This document shows positions 17,585 through 26,889 of a stretch of 64,000 nt of DNA, one piece after another. Every line of letters starts with the position of its first letter. Position 1 is the first letter of the stretch. The notes below the pieces were generated by a model, which was not told the DNA's origin, ran no database searches, and was given only the letters and a program-made list of their open reading frames with translations. The translations under genes and the position numbers were made by a program. Source of the stretch: Holophagales bacterium (GTDB lineage Bacteria > Acidobacteriota > Thermoanaerobaculia > UBA5066); contig JADKBZ010000008.1 in NCBI GenBank assembly GCA_016714815.1, positions 53,513-117,512 on the forward strand, in the 5' to 3' direction.

Positions 17585-18043
17585 TCAATCCTCGAGCTGC
17601 CTTTCGTGGCCGTTCGGACAGGTGCCCCGGATCGAGTCGTGCCAGCCGTCGTCGTCGAAGACCGACCAGGTGCGCCAGTGGCCGCGGCAGAAGACGCTCG
17701 CGCACTGCGGGCAATAGAACGGCGCGTACTCCGGGTCGACGGACAGCAGGGCCGGGGCGTCGCCCCGACGAACCGAACCGGCGAGAGGTTCGAGCGCGAG
17801 GAGAGGCAGCCGGGTCGTGGAGTGCCCCAGGAAGCCCGAGACGACGAGGCTCGCGTGGTCTTCGGCGCGGCAGACCGTGACGGTCGCCGCGACCGCGCCG
17901 CACAGCGAGCAGGAGAACTCGTGAGTGGCGGCGACCAGCCCGGATGAGGAAGAGTCGGAGGACACGCGTGCGAATCGTAATCCGCCGACGGTCAGGCAAA
18001 GAGGGCGTGTCGGCCCGCGGCCGATCACGCCCGTCACTGGCAT
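17585..18043 (-). CDS. Small Cys-rich hypothetical protein (possible zinc ribbon), co-directional and immediately downstream of the 1432-aa membrane protein
   Basis: High GC3 on the minus strand for the C-terminal ~125 codons (..SCSLCG..C..YCPQCASVFCRGHW..CPNGHE). The N-terminal ~25 codons have low GC3, so the true start may be the GTG at 17965. The plus-strand ORF 17540..17947 is rejected. Confidence 0.4.
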   Translation of the reverse strand: MPVTGVIGRGPTRPLCLTVGGLRFARVSSDSSSSGLVAATHEFSCSLCGAVAATVTVCRAEDHASLVVSGFLGHSTTRLPLLALEPLAGSVRRGDAPALLSVDPEYAPFYCPQCASVFCRGHWRTWSVFDDDGWHDSIRGTCPNGHERQLED

Positions 18044-18053
18044 CGGGGGCTCG

Positions 18054-21000
18054 TCAGCGATCCGGGGGCTCCTCTGCCGGGGGGTCGAGCGGGGGCGGAG
18101 GAGGCGGAGGAGGGATTGAAGGAGGGATGGGCGGAGGCACGGCCCCCGGCGGCGCCATGTTCCGATCCACTTTCGGCTTCGGTTTCGAGAGAGGCTTCCA
18201 CCCCCCGCCCGCGACGTACGCCGACCACGCCCATTTCAGCCAGGCAATGAGTCGCGTCGCGAGCCAGAGCGACCAGAGAAGCATGACGACGCGATAGGTC
18301 CAGAGCGGGAGGCTGAAGACCCAGGCCCCGGGGAGCGCCCCGTCGAAGCGGTCGACGTACCACTTGAGGAGCGTGTCGCTGCTGCCGTTGCCGGCGACCT
18401 GCATGTCGGGCTTGATGAGCAGCCCCTCGTGGACGGCGCCGTAGAGGCCGGCGAGGAAGATCACGGTCCAGATGGCGAGGAGGAGCTGGAAGAAGTCGTG
18501 GAGGCCGGGGCTCTGCTCGGCCTTCTTCTCGCGCCACGCGAAGACGAGGAACCACCCCGCGACGGCGAGGACGGCGACGACGTGCAGCTGCGCGAGCCCG
18601 AAGCCGAGGAGGAGCCACTCCCACCCCTTGAGCGGGCTCGACGGGAGCGTGCCGAGGACGAGCGACAGGAAGGCGACGACGGCGAGAAGGCCCCAGAAGA
18701 GGACGGCCGGGCCCCAGCTCGGGCCTCCGGCGAAGAGGAGCCAGCGGTCGTTGGGAAGCTGGAGGGCGAGGTGCCCGTTCACCGCGGCCTGCCCCACGTG
18801 AACGCGCGGGAGCCGCTGGAGGAGCGAGATCCCCCCGGCCTGCCGCCACGTCACCTGGATCTTCTGGGCCCCCGGCCCCACGGAGAGGTGGAGCTCGTCG
18901 CCGTCGGGCCGGACGGGCCTCACGTCGTCGCCGACGCGCACCTCCTGCACCTCGGCCTTCGCGGGGAGCGTGATCGTCAGCGGCCCGGTGCGGCTCGCGC
19001 GGACGGAGAGCGCGAGGGTCGCGTCGAGGAGCCGGACGCCCGGGCTGACCAGGAGCGAGGCGTCGTCGATGGTGAGGCTCTGCCCCTGGGCCCCGGCCGG
19101 CCTCTGGAAGGCCAGGTCGAGCGACTCGCCAGGCCACGGGCGGTACTCCGAGGCGAGCGTTCCGTCCGCCTCGCGGGAGGTCGGCGCGAAGGCGCCCTTC
19201 GCCGAGCACTGCCAGACGGCGCCGCAGCGGAGGACCCAGACCTCCGACCAGGGCTTCCCCTCGGCGGCTTTCAGCGTGAGGGTCGCGCCGTCGGCGGGCT
19301 TCAGCGTCGACGTCCAGCGCGTCTCCTCCTCGTCGCGCCCGAACGTGAGGAGGACCTCGCCGTCCTTCACGGGATGGTCGGCGTCGGTGACGAGCATCCC
19401 CTTCAGGAGCGGGACCTTCACGACGAGCGGCGTCCCGGGCGGGCTGACGCGGCGGACGACCGTTTCGACCTTCCACGAAATGCCGATCTCGAAGATCCGC
19501 GTCACCTCGAGCCACGGCTCGTAGTGCCCTTCGGACCCCGCCTCCCCGCGGCTCCCCGCGTCGAGCTTGCGCGTGAGCTGGACGGAGCCGTCGGTCGTGC
19601 CGTCCTCGCGGACGCCGTCCACCTGCCATCCGTCGGCGACGGCACGTATCCGGCGCGGCCGGTCGACGAACTGGAGGGCGAGGCTGTCGCGCGGCGGAAG
19701 GGGCCCCGAGACGACGACCTGGTGCGTCCCGGCCGAAAGGCGCAGGTGGAGGAATCCGTCGTCGCGCCGCGCAAGGGCGAAGGCGGGCTGCCCGTCGACC
19801 GTGACGCTGCGCGGGACCCACGCCGACGCCGGGCCGGGAACGGGCCAGGCGGCTTCGGAGGCGGCGTGGACCTCGGCGACGATCTCGACGTCGGCGCCCT
19901 TCACGGCGAGGCGCACGTCGGGGGTCGCGATGCAGCTCGGGGCGCAGGCCGGCGGCCGGGTCAGGCGCGTCTTGAGCTCTTCGAGGATCCCGGCGTCGGG
20001 AAGCCCTTCGAGCGCCGCGGGCTTCGCAGCGTTCGCCGCGTTCGGCTCCGGAGCGGGCTCCTCCCCGGCGGCCGCGACGCGGGGGACGCCGAGGAGGAGG
20101 ACGAGGAGCGCGGCGGTGGCCACCGGCCTTCCGGGGCGGAACCCCTCGCCGACGCGAGGATTGGAGAGGAGGCGCAGGGCGAGGAGGCCGACGAGGAGGA
20201 CGCGGACGACGGCGAGGACGAGGTTGAGGAAGGGCGAGAGGAGGAAGAGGCGGATGCGGTGATCCTTCGCGACCGGGCCCGACCAGCGGAGGGGCTGGGC
20301 GTTCCAGCTCCAGGTCGGCACGCCGGAGCCGGTCTGGATGACGGCGTGCGGGTCCTGCCGGTAGGCCTCGTCCGACGACTTCGACGGGGGCACGACGCTC
20401 GCAGCCTGATTCTGGAGGTAGAGCTGCGCCGACTTTCGGAGAGGCGACGGCGTCGGCATCGCCCTGCCAAGGGCTTCCTGCGGTGCGGACGGGGGCGCCA
20501 TCGCGGGGGCCGCCTCGGCAAACGCATGCACTTCCTGGGACTTCGGGGCCTCTGCGACCGAGACCATTCCCCCGTCCGCCCAGACCGGCGGTCCGGCCTG
20601 CTCCGTCTGCGGGTAGAGCCCGTGCCTCACCTGCCCCACCGCGAACGGAAGCGCGACGACGACGAGGACGAGAGCGGAGACTCCCCACCAGGTGAGGACC
20701 ACCAGACGGAGCTTTCCCCTGGCGACCACGGTGAGGAGGGCCGCCGCGCCGAGGAGGCTGAGCCAGACGAGCGCGGGCGCCCCCGCCTCGCCGTGGCAGG
20801 CGACGAGGGTCGCCAGCGCAACCACGCCCCAGCGCCAGCCCGCGAGCTTCCACGCCGCGAGGGCGACGAGAAGGACGAGGAAGAAGCCGAAGAGGTCCCA
20901 CCTCCCGAGCCAGGCCTGCGGCGTGGAGTCGACCCCGCGGGCCCCCAGGAGACGCCAGCCCGGAGGCAGGTAGAGCGTGCCGGAGAGCCCCTGCACGTCG

Positions 21001-22352
21001 ATTCCCCAGCCGACCGCAGACAGCCGGCCGGGCCGGCCGGCCAGGCGCGACTCGGCGGTCATCCGAAGGGTCGTCCTTCGGAGCTCCACGCCCGAGAGCT
21101 TCTCCGCCGGGTCGACGGTGATGAGCTGGTCCTCGCCGTCGACGGTGGCCCGGCCGAGGCTCCCCGGGGAGAGGAGGTTGAGGCGCGAGGTGCGGCGGAG
21201 AGTTCCCGAGAAGCGATCCCGCACGGTGAAGCCCTTCCCGTCCAGGTCGAGCCAGAGCTCGCGCGAGACGTTGACCTGGTCGGGCGCGGCCTCCGCCTCG
21301 CCCCGGCGCGTCTCGACGAGATTCAGCTCCGTCTTCGAATCGAGCTGGAAAGCGGGGAGCTTCTGCCACTCGACGGGGAGGTCCGTTCTCGACGGGTCGA
21401 TCGGCGTCCCTCCCGAGAGCTCCACCTGGCGGAGCCGTTCGTTCGCCGCGAAGACCCAGATCTCCTGGCCGGGCCACGGCGCGATCACGGCGGCGTCGGG
21501 CCGGAAGGCCGAGGGCCGGCCCTCGACGCGGAAAAGGACCGATACGGTGAATCGCCCCGTTCGCACTTGGACGACGAGGCGGCCGTCGGCGTCGAGCCGC
21601 GCGGGGAGCTCGCCTCGCACGGCGACGGGGACCGTCCCCGGAAGTCGGGCACCCGAGAGCTTCACCTCGCGTGCCTTTCCCGAGACCTCGAGGAGGAGGC
21701 GCGTCTCGAGGAAGAGCGGGATGCCGTCCTCCAGGCGGCGGAAGACCTTCACCCGCAGCTCCTCGCCGACTCCGGCCCGTTCCCCTTCCTGCCGGAGGAG
21801 GAGGAGTCCGTTCTCCTCGCGTCGCGGGAACGCCACCGTCCGCCCGTCGAGAACGAGGTCGAGGAGGGCCGTTTCCGGGGGGACGACGAGCGAGTCGGGA
21901 AGAGTGCTCCAGGCGAATCGTCCCTCGACCGTGTGGCGTCCCGCGCCGAGGAGGACCGCGGGGCGGTCGTCCCTCGGGACGACGGCGGCAGCCTTCCCGT
22001 CGAGCCGCACGTCCTGCGGCCAGACTTTCGCGTCGCCCGGCAGCGGGAGGAAGAGGGGCCGTTCGGCCCACGCCTCCAGGACGAACGTCCCGCCGGAGGC
22101 TCCGAGGCGGAGCGTGATCCGTCCGGGCCACAGGCAGACGGCTTCGTCGCCGACGGCCGGGCAGGTGCGGTCGCGCGCCCCGTCGAGAGCCCAGGGCACC
22201 CAGCCCTTCAGCGCGGGCGGGAGGTCCTTCTCTGGAAACGGCTGCGCGGCCGCCCGGGGCGCGGCCGCGGCCAGGGCCGCCGCCAGGACCACCGCGAGAG
22301 ACGTGGAGACGAACGCGAAGTCCGTCGCGGGCCGGGATCCGCTGCGAGTCAT
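18054..22352 (-). CDS. Large (1432 aa) membrane protein with an internal tandem duplication ([~430-600 aa periplasmic domain + ~4-TM bundle] x2) and a Pro-rich C-terminal tail; no family assigned
   Basis: Signal peptide MTRSGSRPATDFAFVSTSLAVVLAAALAAAAPRAAA. Two hydrophobic clusters (about aa 470-570 and aa 1215-1390) with similar local sequence (..WKLAGWRWGVV.. and ..LKGWEWLLLG..). The two periplasmic halves are alignable (CP..C.WPGRITL../CAPSCIATPDVRLAV..; ..RPLFLPLPGDAKVWPQDVRLDGKAAAVVPRDDRPAVLLGAGRHTVEGRF.. / ..AAWPVPGPASAWVPRSVTVDGQPAFALARRDDGFLHLRLSAGTHQVVVSG..). The opposite-strand 1399-aa ORF is Arg/Glu-rich junk. Confidence 0.7.
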   Translation of the reverse strand: MTRSGSRPATDFAFVSTSLAVVLAAALAAAAPRAAAQPFPEKDLPPALKGWVPWALDGARDRTCPAVGDEAVCLWPGRITLRLGASGGTFVLEAWAERPLFLPLPGDAKVWPQDVRLDGKAAAVVPRDDRPAVLLGAGRHTVEGRFAWSTLPDSLVVPPETALLDLVLDGRTVAFPRREENGLLLLRQEGERAGVGEELRVKVFRRLEDGIPLFLETRLLLEVSGKAREVKLSGARLPGTVPVAVRGELPARLDADGRLVVQVRTGRFTVSVLFRVEGRPSAFRPDAAVIAPWPGQEIWVFAANERLRQVELSGGTPIDPSRTDLPVEWQKLPAFQLDSKTELNLVETRRGEAEAAPDQVNVSRELWLDLDGKGFTVRDRFSGTLRRTSRLNLLSPGSLGRATVDGEDQLITVDPAEKLSGVELRRTTLRMTAESRLAGRPGRLSAVGWGIDVQGLSGTLYLPPGWRLLGARGVDSTPQAWLGRWDLFGFFLVLLVALAAWKLAGWRWGVVALATLVACHGEAGAPALVWLSLLGAAALLTVVARGKLRLVVLTWWGVSALVLVVVALPFAVGQVRHGLYPQTEQAGPPVWADGGMVSVAEAPKSQEVHAFAEAAPAMAPPSAPQEALGRAMPTPSPLRKSAQLYLQNQAASVVPPSKSSDEAYRQDPHAVIQTGSGVPTWSWNAQPLRWSGPVAKDHRIRLFLLSPFLNLVLAVVRVLLVGLLALRLLSNPRVGEGFRPGRPVATAALLVLLLGVPRVAAAGEEPAPEPNAANAAKPAALEGLPDAGILEELKTRLTRPPACAPSCIATPDVRLAVKGADVEIVAEVHAASEAAWPVPGPASAWVPRSVTVDGQPAFALARRDDGFLHLRLSAGTHQVVVSGPLPPRDSLALQFVDRPRRIRAVADGWQVDGVREDGTTDGSVQLTRKLDAGSRGEAGSEGHYEPWLEVTRIFEIGISWKVETVVRRVSPPGTPLVVKVPLLKGMLVTDADHPVKDGEVLLTFGRDEEETRWTSTLKPADGATLTLKAAEGKPWSEVWVLRCGAVWQCSAKGAFAPTSREADGTLASEYRPWPGESLDLAFQRPAGAQGQSLTIDDASLLVSPGVRLLDATLALSVRASRTGPLTITLPAKAEVQEVRVGDDVRPVRPDGDELHLSVGPGAQKIQVTWRQAGGISLLQRLPRVHVGQAAVNGHLALQLPNDRWLLFAGGPSWGPAVLFWGLLAVVAFLSLVLGTLPSSPLKGWEWLLLGFGLAQLHVVAVLAVAGWFLVFAWREKKAEQSPGLHDFFQLLLAIWTVIFLAGLYGAVHEGLLIKPDMQVAGNGSSDTLLKWYVDRFDGALPGAWVFSLPLWTYRVVMLLWSLWLATRLIAWLKWAWSAYVAGGGWKPLSKPKPKVDRNMAPPGAVPPPIPPSIPPPPPPPPLDPPAEEPPDR

Positions 22353-22421
22353 CCTGTCCTCCGAAAACCGTGTAGCTCGGAAGAGGATAGACCGTCGGAC
22401 CCCGGGTCCGGTTCCCGCTTC

Positions 22422-23648
22422 CTACTCGTACCGCAGCGCCTCGATCGGATCGAGGCGGGAGGCCTTGAGCGCCGGGTAGAACCCGAACGTCACTCCGATG
22501 AGGGCCGAGAAGAGGAAGGCGACGGCGACCGCGTTCGCCTGCACGGCGACGGGCCAGCCGGCGAAGGTCGCGATCGCCCGCTGGATGCCGATCCCGAGGG
22601 CGATCCCGAGGCTGCCGCCGCTGATTGAGAGGACGACCGCCTCGACGAGGAATTGCGCCCGGATGTCGCCCCCCTTCGCGCCGACGGCGAGCCGGACCCC
22701 GATCTCCCGCGTCCGCTCGGTCACCGAGACGAGCATGATGTTCATGATCCCGATGCCGCCGACGAGGAGCGACACGCCCGCGATCGACCAGAGGAGCGTC
22801 GCCATCGTCCGGCTCTCGTCCGCGGCGCGCTGGAGCATCTCGGTCTGCGAGCGGATGGAGAAGTCGTCCTCCTGGCCGGCGCCCCTGTTGATCCGGTGCC
22901 GCTGGCGAAGGAGAGCCGTGATCTCTTCCTGGGCGGCGCCGACCTGGTCGTTCGTCGCCGCCGACGCCAGGATCGACCCGACGGCGGTCGTCCCCATGAT
23001 CTTCTTTCGCACCGTCTGGTAGGGGGCGACGACGAGGTCGTCCTGGTCGTGCCCCTGGGTGGATCCCCCCTTGGCTTCGAGGACGCCGATCACGCGAAAG
23101 GGAATGTTCTTCAGCCGCACGATGCGGCCGATCGGGTCCTCCCCGGGCATCAGTGTCGTCGCCACCGTCTGGCCGAGGACGCAGACCTTCGCCGCCGCGC
23201 GGTTGTCCTGCTCGGTGAAGAACTGCCCCGCGGCGAGGTTCCAGGACCGGATGAGCGGCCAGTCGACCTCTCCCCCCTGGACGGTCGTCGACCAGTTCTG
23301 GTTTCCGGCGACGACCTGGACGCCGGTCCGGATCGAGGCGGAGACGTAGGCGATGGAGGAGACCTCCCGCCGGATCGCCTCGACGTCCTCCTCGGACAGC
23401 TTCGAGCTCGATCCGGCCCCCCCGTGGGCCCCGCCGACGGAGTGCGAGCCCGGGTTGATCATCAGGAAGTTCGTCCCGAGGGACTGGAGCCGCTCGGCCC
23501 GCTGCATCCGGGCACCGTCCGCGATCCCGATCGTCGCGATGACGCACGCAACGCCGATGATCATCCCGAGCGCCGTCAGGAGCGACCGCATCGTGTTGCG
23601 CGAGAGCGCCCGGAAGGCGACCTTGAGCGTGTTTCCGGTTCTGGACAT
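22422..23648 (-). CDS. FtsX/MacB-type ABC transporter permease (no cognate ATPase gene adjacent)
   Basis: 408 aa from ATG (revcomp 23646-23648) preceded by GGGAGG. N-terminal TM, about 230-aa periplasmic domain, C-terminal 3-TM FtsX domain (..IGIMNIMLVSVTERTREIGVRLAVGA..). Confidence 0.8.
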   Translation of the reverse strand: MSRTGNTLKVAFRALSRNTMRSLLTALGMIIGVACVIATIGIADGARMQRAERLQSLGTNFLMINPGSHSVGGAHGGAGSSSKLSEEDVEAIRREVSSIAYVSASIRTGVQVVAGNQNWSTTVQGGEVDWPLIRSWNLAAGQFFTEQDNRAAAKVCVLGQTVATTLMPGEDPIGRIVRLKNIPFRVIGVLEAKGGSTQGHDQDDLVVAPYQTVRKKIMGTTAVGSILASAATNDQVGAAQEEITALLRQRHRINRGAGQEDDFSIRSQTEMLQRAADESRTMATLLWSIAGVSLLVGGIGIMNIMLVSVTERTREIGVRLAVGAKGGDIRAQFLVEAVVLSISGGSLGIALGIGIQRAIATFAGWPVAVQANAVAVAFLFSALIGVTFGFYPALKASRLDPIEALRYE

Positions 23649-23828
23649 TCCGTCCTCCCGCGTGGGGAGCCTAGCAGGACGGGGGGGCCGGCCCGTTGAC
23701 TGAAGCGCATTCACCGGCCCCCAGGATGATCCACGGGAACGCTCGTGTCCTGCGACAGCTTTTCAGAATCGAGGCGCTTCGGGTATCTTCCCGGTCCGAG
23801 CGAACCCGCCGGCCAGGAGGATCACCCG

Positions 23829-24623
23829 ATGCGCACGATCTCCGACGTCTTTCCCTTTCTCGCCCTCGCCCTCGCCGCCGCGGTGGCGCTTCCCGCCTCC
23901 GCGGCCGTGAAGACCGAGGTCGTCGAATACAAGGACGGCGACCAGCTCTGCGAGGGGTTCCTCGCGTACGACGACGCGGTCAAGGAGAAGCGCCCCGGCG
24001 TCGTCGTCGTCCACGAGTGGATGGGCCTCGGCGACTACGCCCGGGAGCGGGCGACGAAGCTCGCCGGGCTCGGCTACGTCGCCTTCGCGGCCGACATCTA
24101 CGGCAAGGGTATCCGCGCGAAGGACTACAAGGAAGCGGGCCAGCTCGCCGGGAAATACAAGGGCGACCTTCCGCTCCTTCGCTCCCGCGGCCGGGCCGCC
24201 TTCGACACGCTCGCGAAGAACCTGCGCGTCGACCCCGCCCGGATCTTCGCCATCGGCTACTGCTTCGGCGGGACGGCGGCCCTCGAGCTGGCGCGCAGCG
24301 GCGCCCCGCTGGCGGGCGCCGTCTCGTTCCACGGCGGCCTCGCCACGAAGGACCCCGCCGACGCGAAGAACGTGAAGGGGCGTGTCCTCGTGCTGCACGG
24401 CGCGGCCGACCCGTACGTCCCGCCGGCCGAGGTCGCTGCCTTCCAGAAGGAGATGGACGACGCGAAGGTCGACTGGCAGATGGTCTTCTACTCGGGCGCC
24501 GTCCACTCGTTCACGAACCCGGGCTCGGGAAACGACCCGTCGAAAGGAGCCGCCTACGACGCGAAGGCCGACCGGCGCTCGTGGGAGGCGATGAAGGCCT
24601 TCTTCGCCGAAGCGACGAAATAG
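23829..24623 (+). CDS. Dienelactone hydrolase family protein (secreted alpha/beta hydrolase)
   Basis: ATG 23829 after AGGAGG. Signal peptide MRTISDVFPFLALALAAAVALPASA. ..GYCFGG.. nucleophile elbow; DLH-like. Confidence 0.8.
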   Translation: MRTISDVFPFLALALAAAVALPASAAVKTEVVEYKDGDQLCEGFLAYDDAVKEKRPGVVVVHEWMGLGDYARERATKLAGLGYVAFAADIYGKGIRAKDYKEAGQLAGKYKGDLPLLRSRGRAAFDTLAKNLRVDPARIFAIGYCFGGTAALELARSGAPLAGAVSFHGGLATKDPADAKNVKGRVLVLHGAADPYVPPAEVAAFQKEMDDAKVDWQMVFYSGAVHSFTNPGSGNDPSKGAAYDAKADRRSWEAMKAFFAEATK

Positions 24624-24681
24624 GGTCTTCCCGGGCAGACGCGGCGCCTCGCGGCGGGCTACGATCCCGCCGGACAAAACG

Positions 24682-26889
24682 ATGACGCCGCGCCTGCGCT
24701 CCGCCCTCCTCCTCCTCTCCGCCGCCGCCTTCCTCGCGCTTCCCTCCCCCGCCCCGGCCGACGAGGGGCAGTGGCCCCCCGAAGCCCTCGCAAAGCTCGG
24801 CACGGCCCGCTGGGGCGAGCTTTCGAGCCGCGGGCTCTCGCTGACGGCCCAGGACCTCTGGGACGGCTCCGGGGGGGGCCTCCTGACGGCCGTGATCGAC
24901 GTCGGCGGCTGCACGGGGGCGTTCGTCTCCGAGGAGGGGCTCCTCCTGACGAACCACCACTGCGCCTTCGGGGCGATCCAGCTCGCCTCGACCCCCGAGA
25001 AGAACTACCTGCGCGACGGCTTCGTGTCGAAGACGCGCGCCGAAGAGGTCGAGGCCCGCGGCGGCGTCGGCAGGGTCCGCCTCCTCTCCCGCCTCGTCGA
25101 CGTGACCGACCGCGTCCGCGGCCCGAAGAGCGCCTTCGCGAAGGCGACGAGCGACACCGCCCGCTACGAGGCCGTCGAGCGTGCGAAAAAGGAGATCGTC
25201 GCCGAGTGCGAGAAGGCGCCCGACCGGCGCTGCGCCGTGGCGGCGTTCGAGGACGGACGGACCTTCCAGCTCATGGAGCAGGTCGAGTTCCGCGACGTCC
25301 GGCTCGTCTACGCTCCGCCCAGGGGCGTCGGCGACTTCGGCGGCGAGGAAGACAACTTCCGCTGGCCCCGCCACGCGGGCGACTTCTCCGTCCTCAGGGT
25401 CTACGTCTCCCCCGAGGGCAAGCCCGCCGCCTACGCCAAGGAGAACGTCCCCTACCGGCCGAAGCGGTGGCTGAAGGTCGCCTCGAAGGGGATCGCCGAG
25501 GGGGACGTCGTGATGATCGCCGGCTTCCCGGGCCGGACGCAGCGTTACCTCACCCCGTCCGCCGTCGCGAACCAGGAGAAGTGGTTCTACCCGCTCCGGT
25601 CGAAGACGCTTTCCGACCTGATCGCGATCCTGGCGGCCGAAGGGAAGAAGGACCCCGACACCGCCCTCCGCGTCTCCTCGGCGATCAAGGGCTACGGCAA
25701 CGGCGAGACGAACTCGCGGGGGCAGATCGAGGGGCTCGCGCGCAACGGCGTCGCCGCGCGGGCCGAAGGCGAGGCGAAGGAGCTCGCCGCGTTCCTCGCG
25801 GGCCGGAAGGACCTCCCGGCCGCGTGGGCCGCGGCACCGGCCGAGCTCGAGAAGGTCCTCGCGGCCGACCGCACCGGACAGGAGCGCCGCTTCTACCTCG
25901 AGGAGGTGGAGAGGGTCTCCTCCTACCTCGGGTCGGCGCTCTCGGCCGTCCGCCGGGCGGAGGAGCGGAAGAAGCCCGACCTCGAGCGGGAGGCGGGCTA
26001 CCAGGAGCGGGACCTCGACCGCGCCCGGCAGCGGGAGAAGGACCTGACCCGGTCCCTCGCCCCCGTCGCGGCGCGCCGGGCGCTCGCCTACCTCGTCGCG
26101 AAGACGCAGGCCGCCGCGGCCGAGAAACCCGTCCGAGCCTTCGACGAGACGTTCGGGAAATCGGCGACCGTCGAAGCGATCGAGGCGAAGCTCGCGGAGA
26201 TGGACGCCGCCACCGCTCTCGGCGACGAGAAGACGCGTCTCTCCAACGTCGACGCCCAGCCCGCCGCGCTCGCCGCGTCGAAGGACCCGTACGTGAAGCT
26301 CGCCCTCGCGCTCCACCCCGACCTCGCCGCGCTCCGCGCCGCTCGGAAGGAGACGAACGGGGCCCTCCTCGTCTGGCGGCCTCTCTACCTCTCCGCCCTC
26401 GAGGCGCTCCGTGCGTCGAAAGGGAAGGCGATCTACCCCGACGCGAACTCGACGCTCCGGGTCTCGTTCGCCACCGTCAAGGGCTACTCCCCCCGCGAGG
26501 CGGTGACCTTCACGCCCCGGACGTCCCTCAGAGGGGTCCTCGAGAAGGAGCGCGCCGCCGAACCGTTCGCCGCCCCGAAGAAGGTCCTCGACGCGGCCCG
26601 CGCCGCCGACTTCGGCACGTGGGCCGACCCGACCCTCGGAAGCGTCCCGGTCGGCTTCCTGACCGACGGCGACACGACCGGCGGCAACTCGGGAAGCCCG
26701 ACGATGAACGGAAGGGGCGAGGTCGTCGGCCTCAACTTCGACCGGGTCTGGGAGAACGTGGCGGGCGACTTCGGCTGGAGCCCCGAGCGGTCGCGGAACG
26801 TGAACGTCGACCTGCGCTACGCGCTCTGGATGATGGAGAGAGTGGACGGCGCGAGCGCCCTCGTGAAAGAGCTGCTGCCCTCGAAGTGA
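24682..26889 (+). CDS. S46-family dipeptidyl-peptidase (DPP7/DPP11/DAP BII-like serine peptidase)
   Basis: 735 aa. Signal peptide. ..LTNHHC.. (catalytic His) and ..GGNSGSP.. (catalytic Ser) are typical of S46. Confidence 0.85.
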   Translation: MTPRLRSALLLLSAAAFLALPSPAPADEGQWPPEALAKLGTARWGELSSRGLSLTAQDLWDGSGGGLLTAVIDVGGCTGAFVSEEGLLLTNHHCAFGAIQLASTPEKNYLRDGFVSKTRAEEVEARGGVGRVRLLSRLVDVTDRVRGPKSAFAKATSDTARYEAVERAKKEIVAECEKAPDRRCAVAAFEDGRTFQLMEQVEFRDVRLVYAPPRGVGDFGGEEDNFRWPRHAGDFSVLRVYVSPEGKPAAYAKENVPYRPKRWLKVASKGIAEGDVVMIAGFPGRTQRYLTPSAVANQEKWFYPLRSKTLSDLIAILAAEGKKDPDTALRVSSAIKGYGNGETNSRGQIEGLARNGVAARAEGEAKELAAFLAGRKDLPAAWAAAPAELEKVLAADRTGQERRFYLEEVERVSSYLGSALSAVRRAEERKKPDLEREAGYQERDLDRARQREKDLTRSLAPVAARRALAYLVAKTQAAAAEKPVRAFDETFGKSATVEAIEAKLAEMDAATALGDEKTRLSNVDAQPAALAASKDPYVKLALALHPDLAALRAARKETNGALLVWRPLYLSALEALRASKGKAIYPDANSTLRVSFATVKGYSPREAVTFTPRTSLRGVLEKERAAEPFAAPKKVLDAARAADFGTWADPTLGSVPVGFLTDGDTTGGNSGSPTMNGRGEVVGLNFDRVWENVAGDFGWSPERSRNVNVDLRYALWMMERVDGASALVKELLPSK

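Noticed and set aside
17540-17947. Plus-strand 135-aa ORF opposite the Cys-rich gene
   Set aside because: Arg/Ala-rich, and GC3 supports the minus-strand frame instead.
18429-22628. 1399-aa plus-strand ORF
   Set aside because: Extremely Arg/Glu/Asp/Gly-rich with no hydrophobic cores. It is the antisense shadow of the minus-strand membrane protein, which has sensible TM segments and high GC3.
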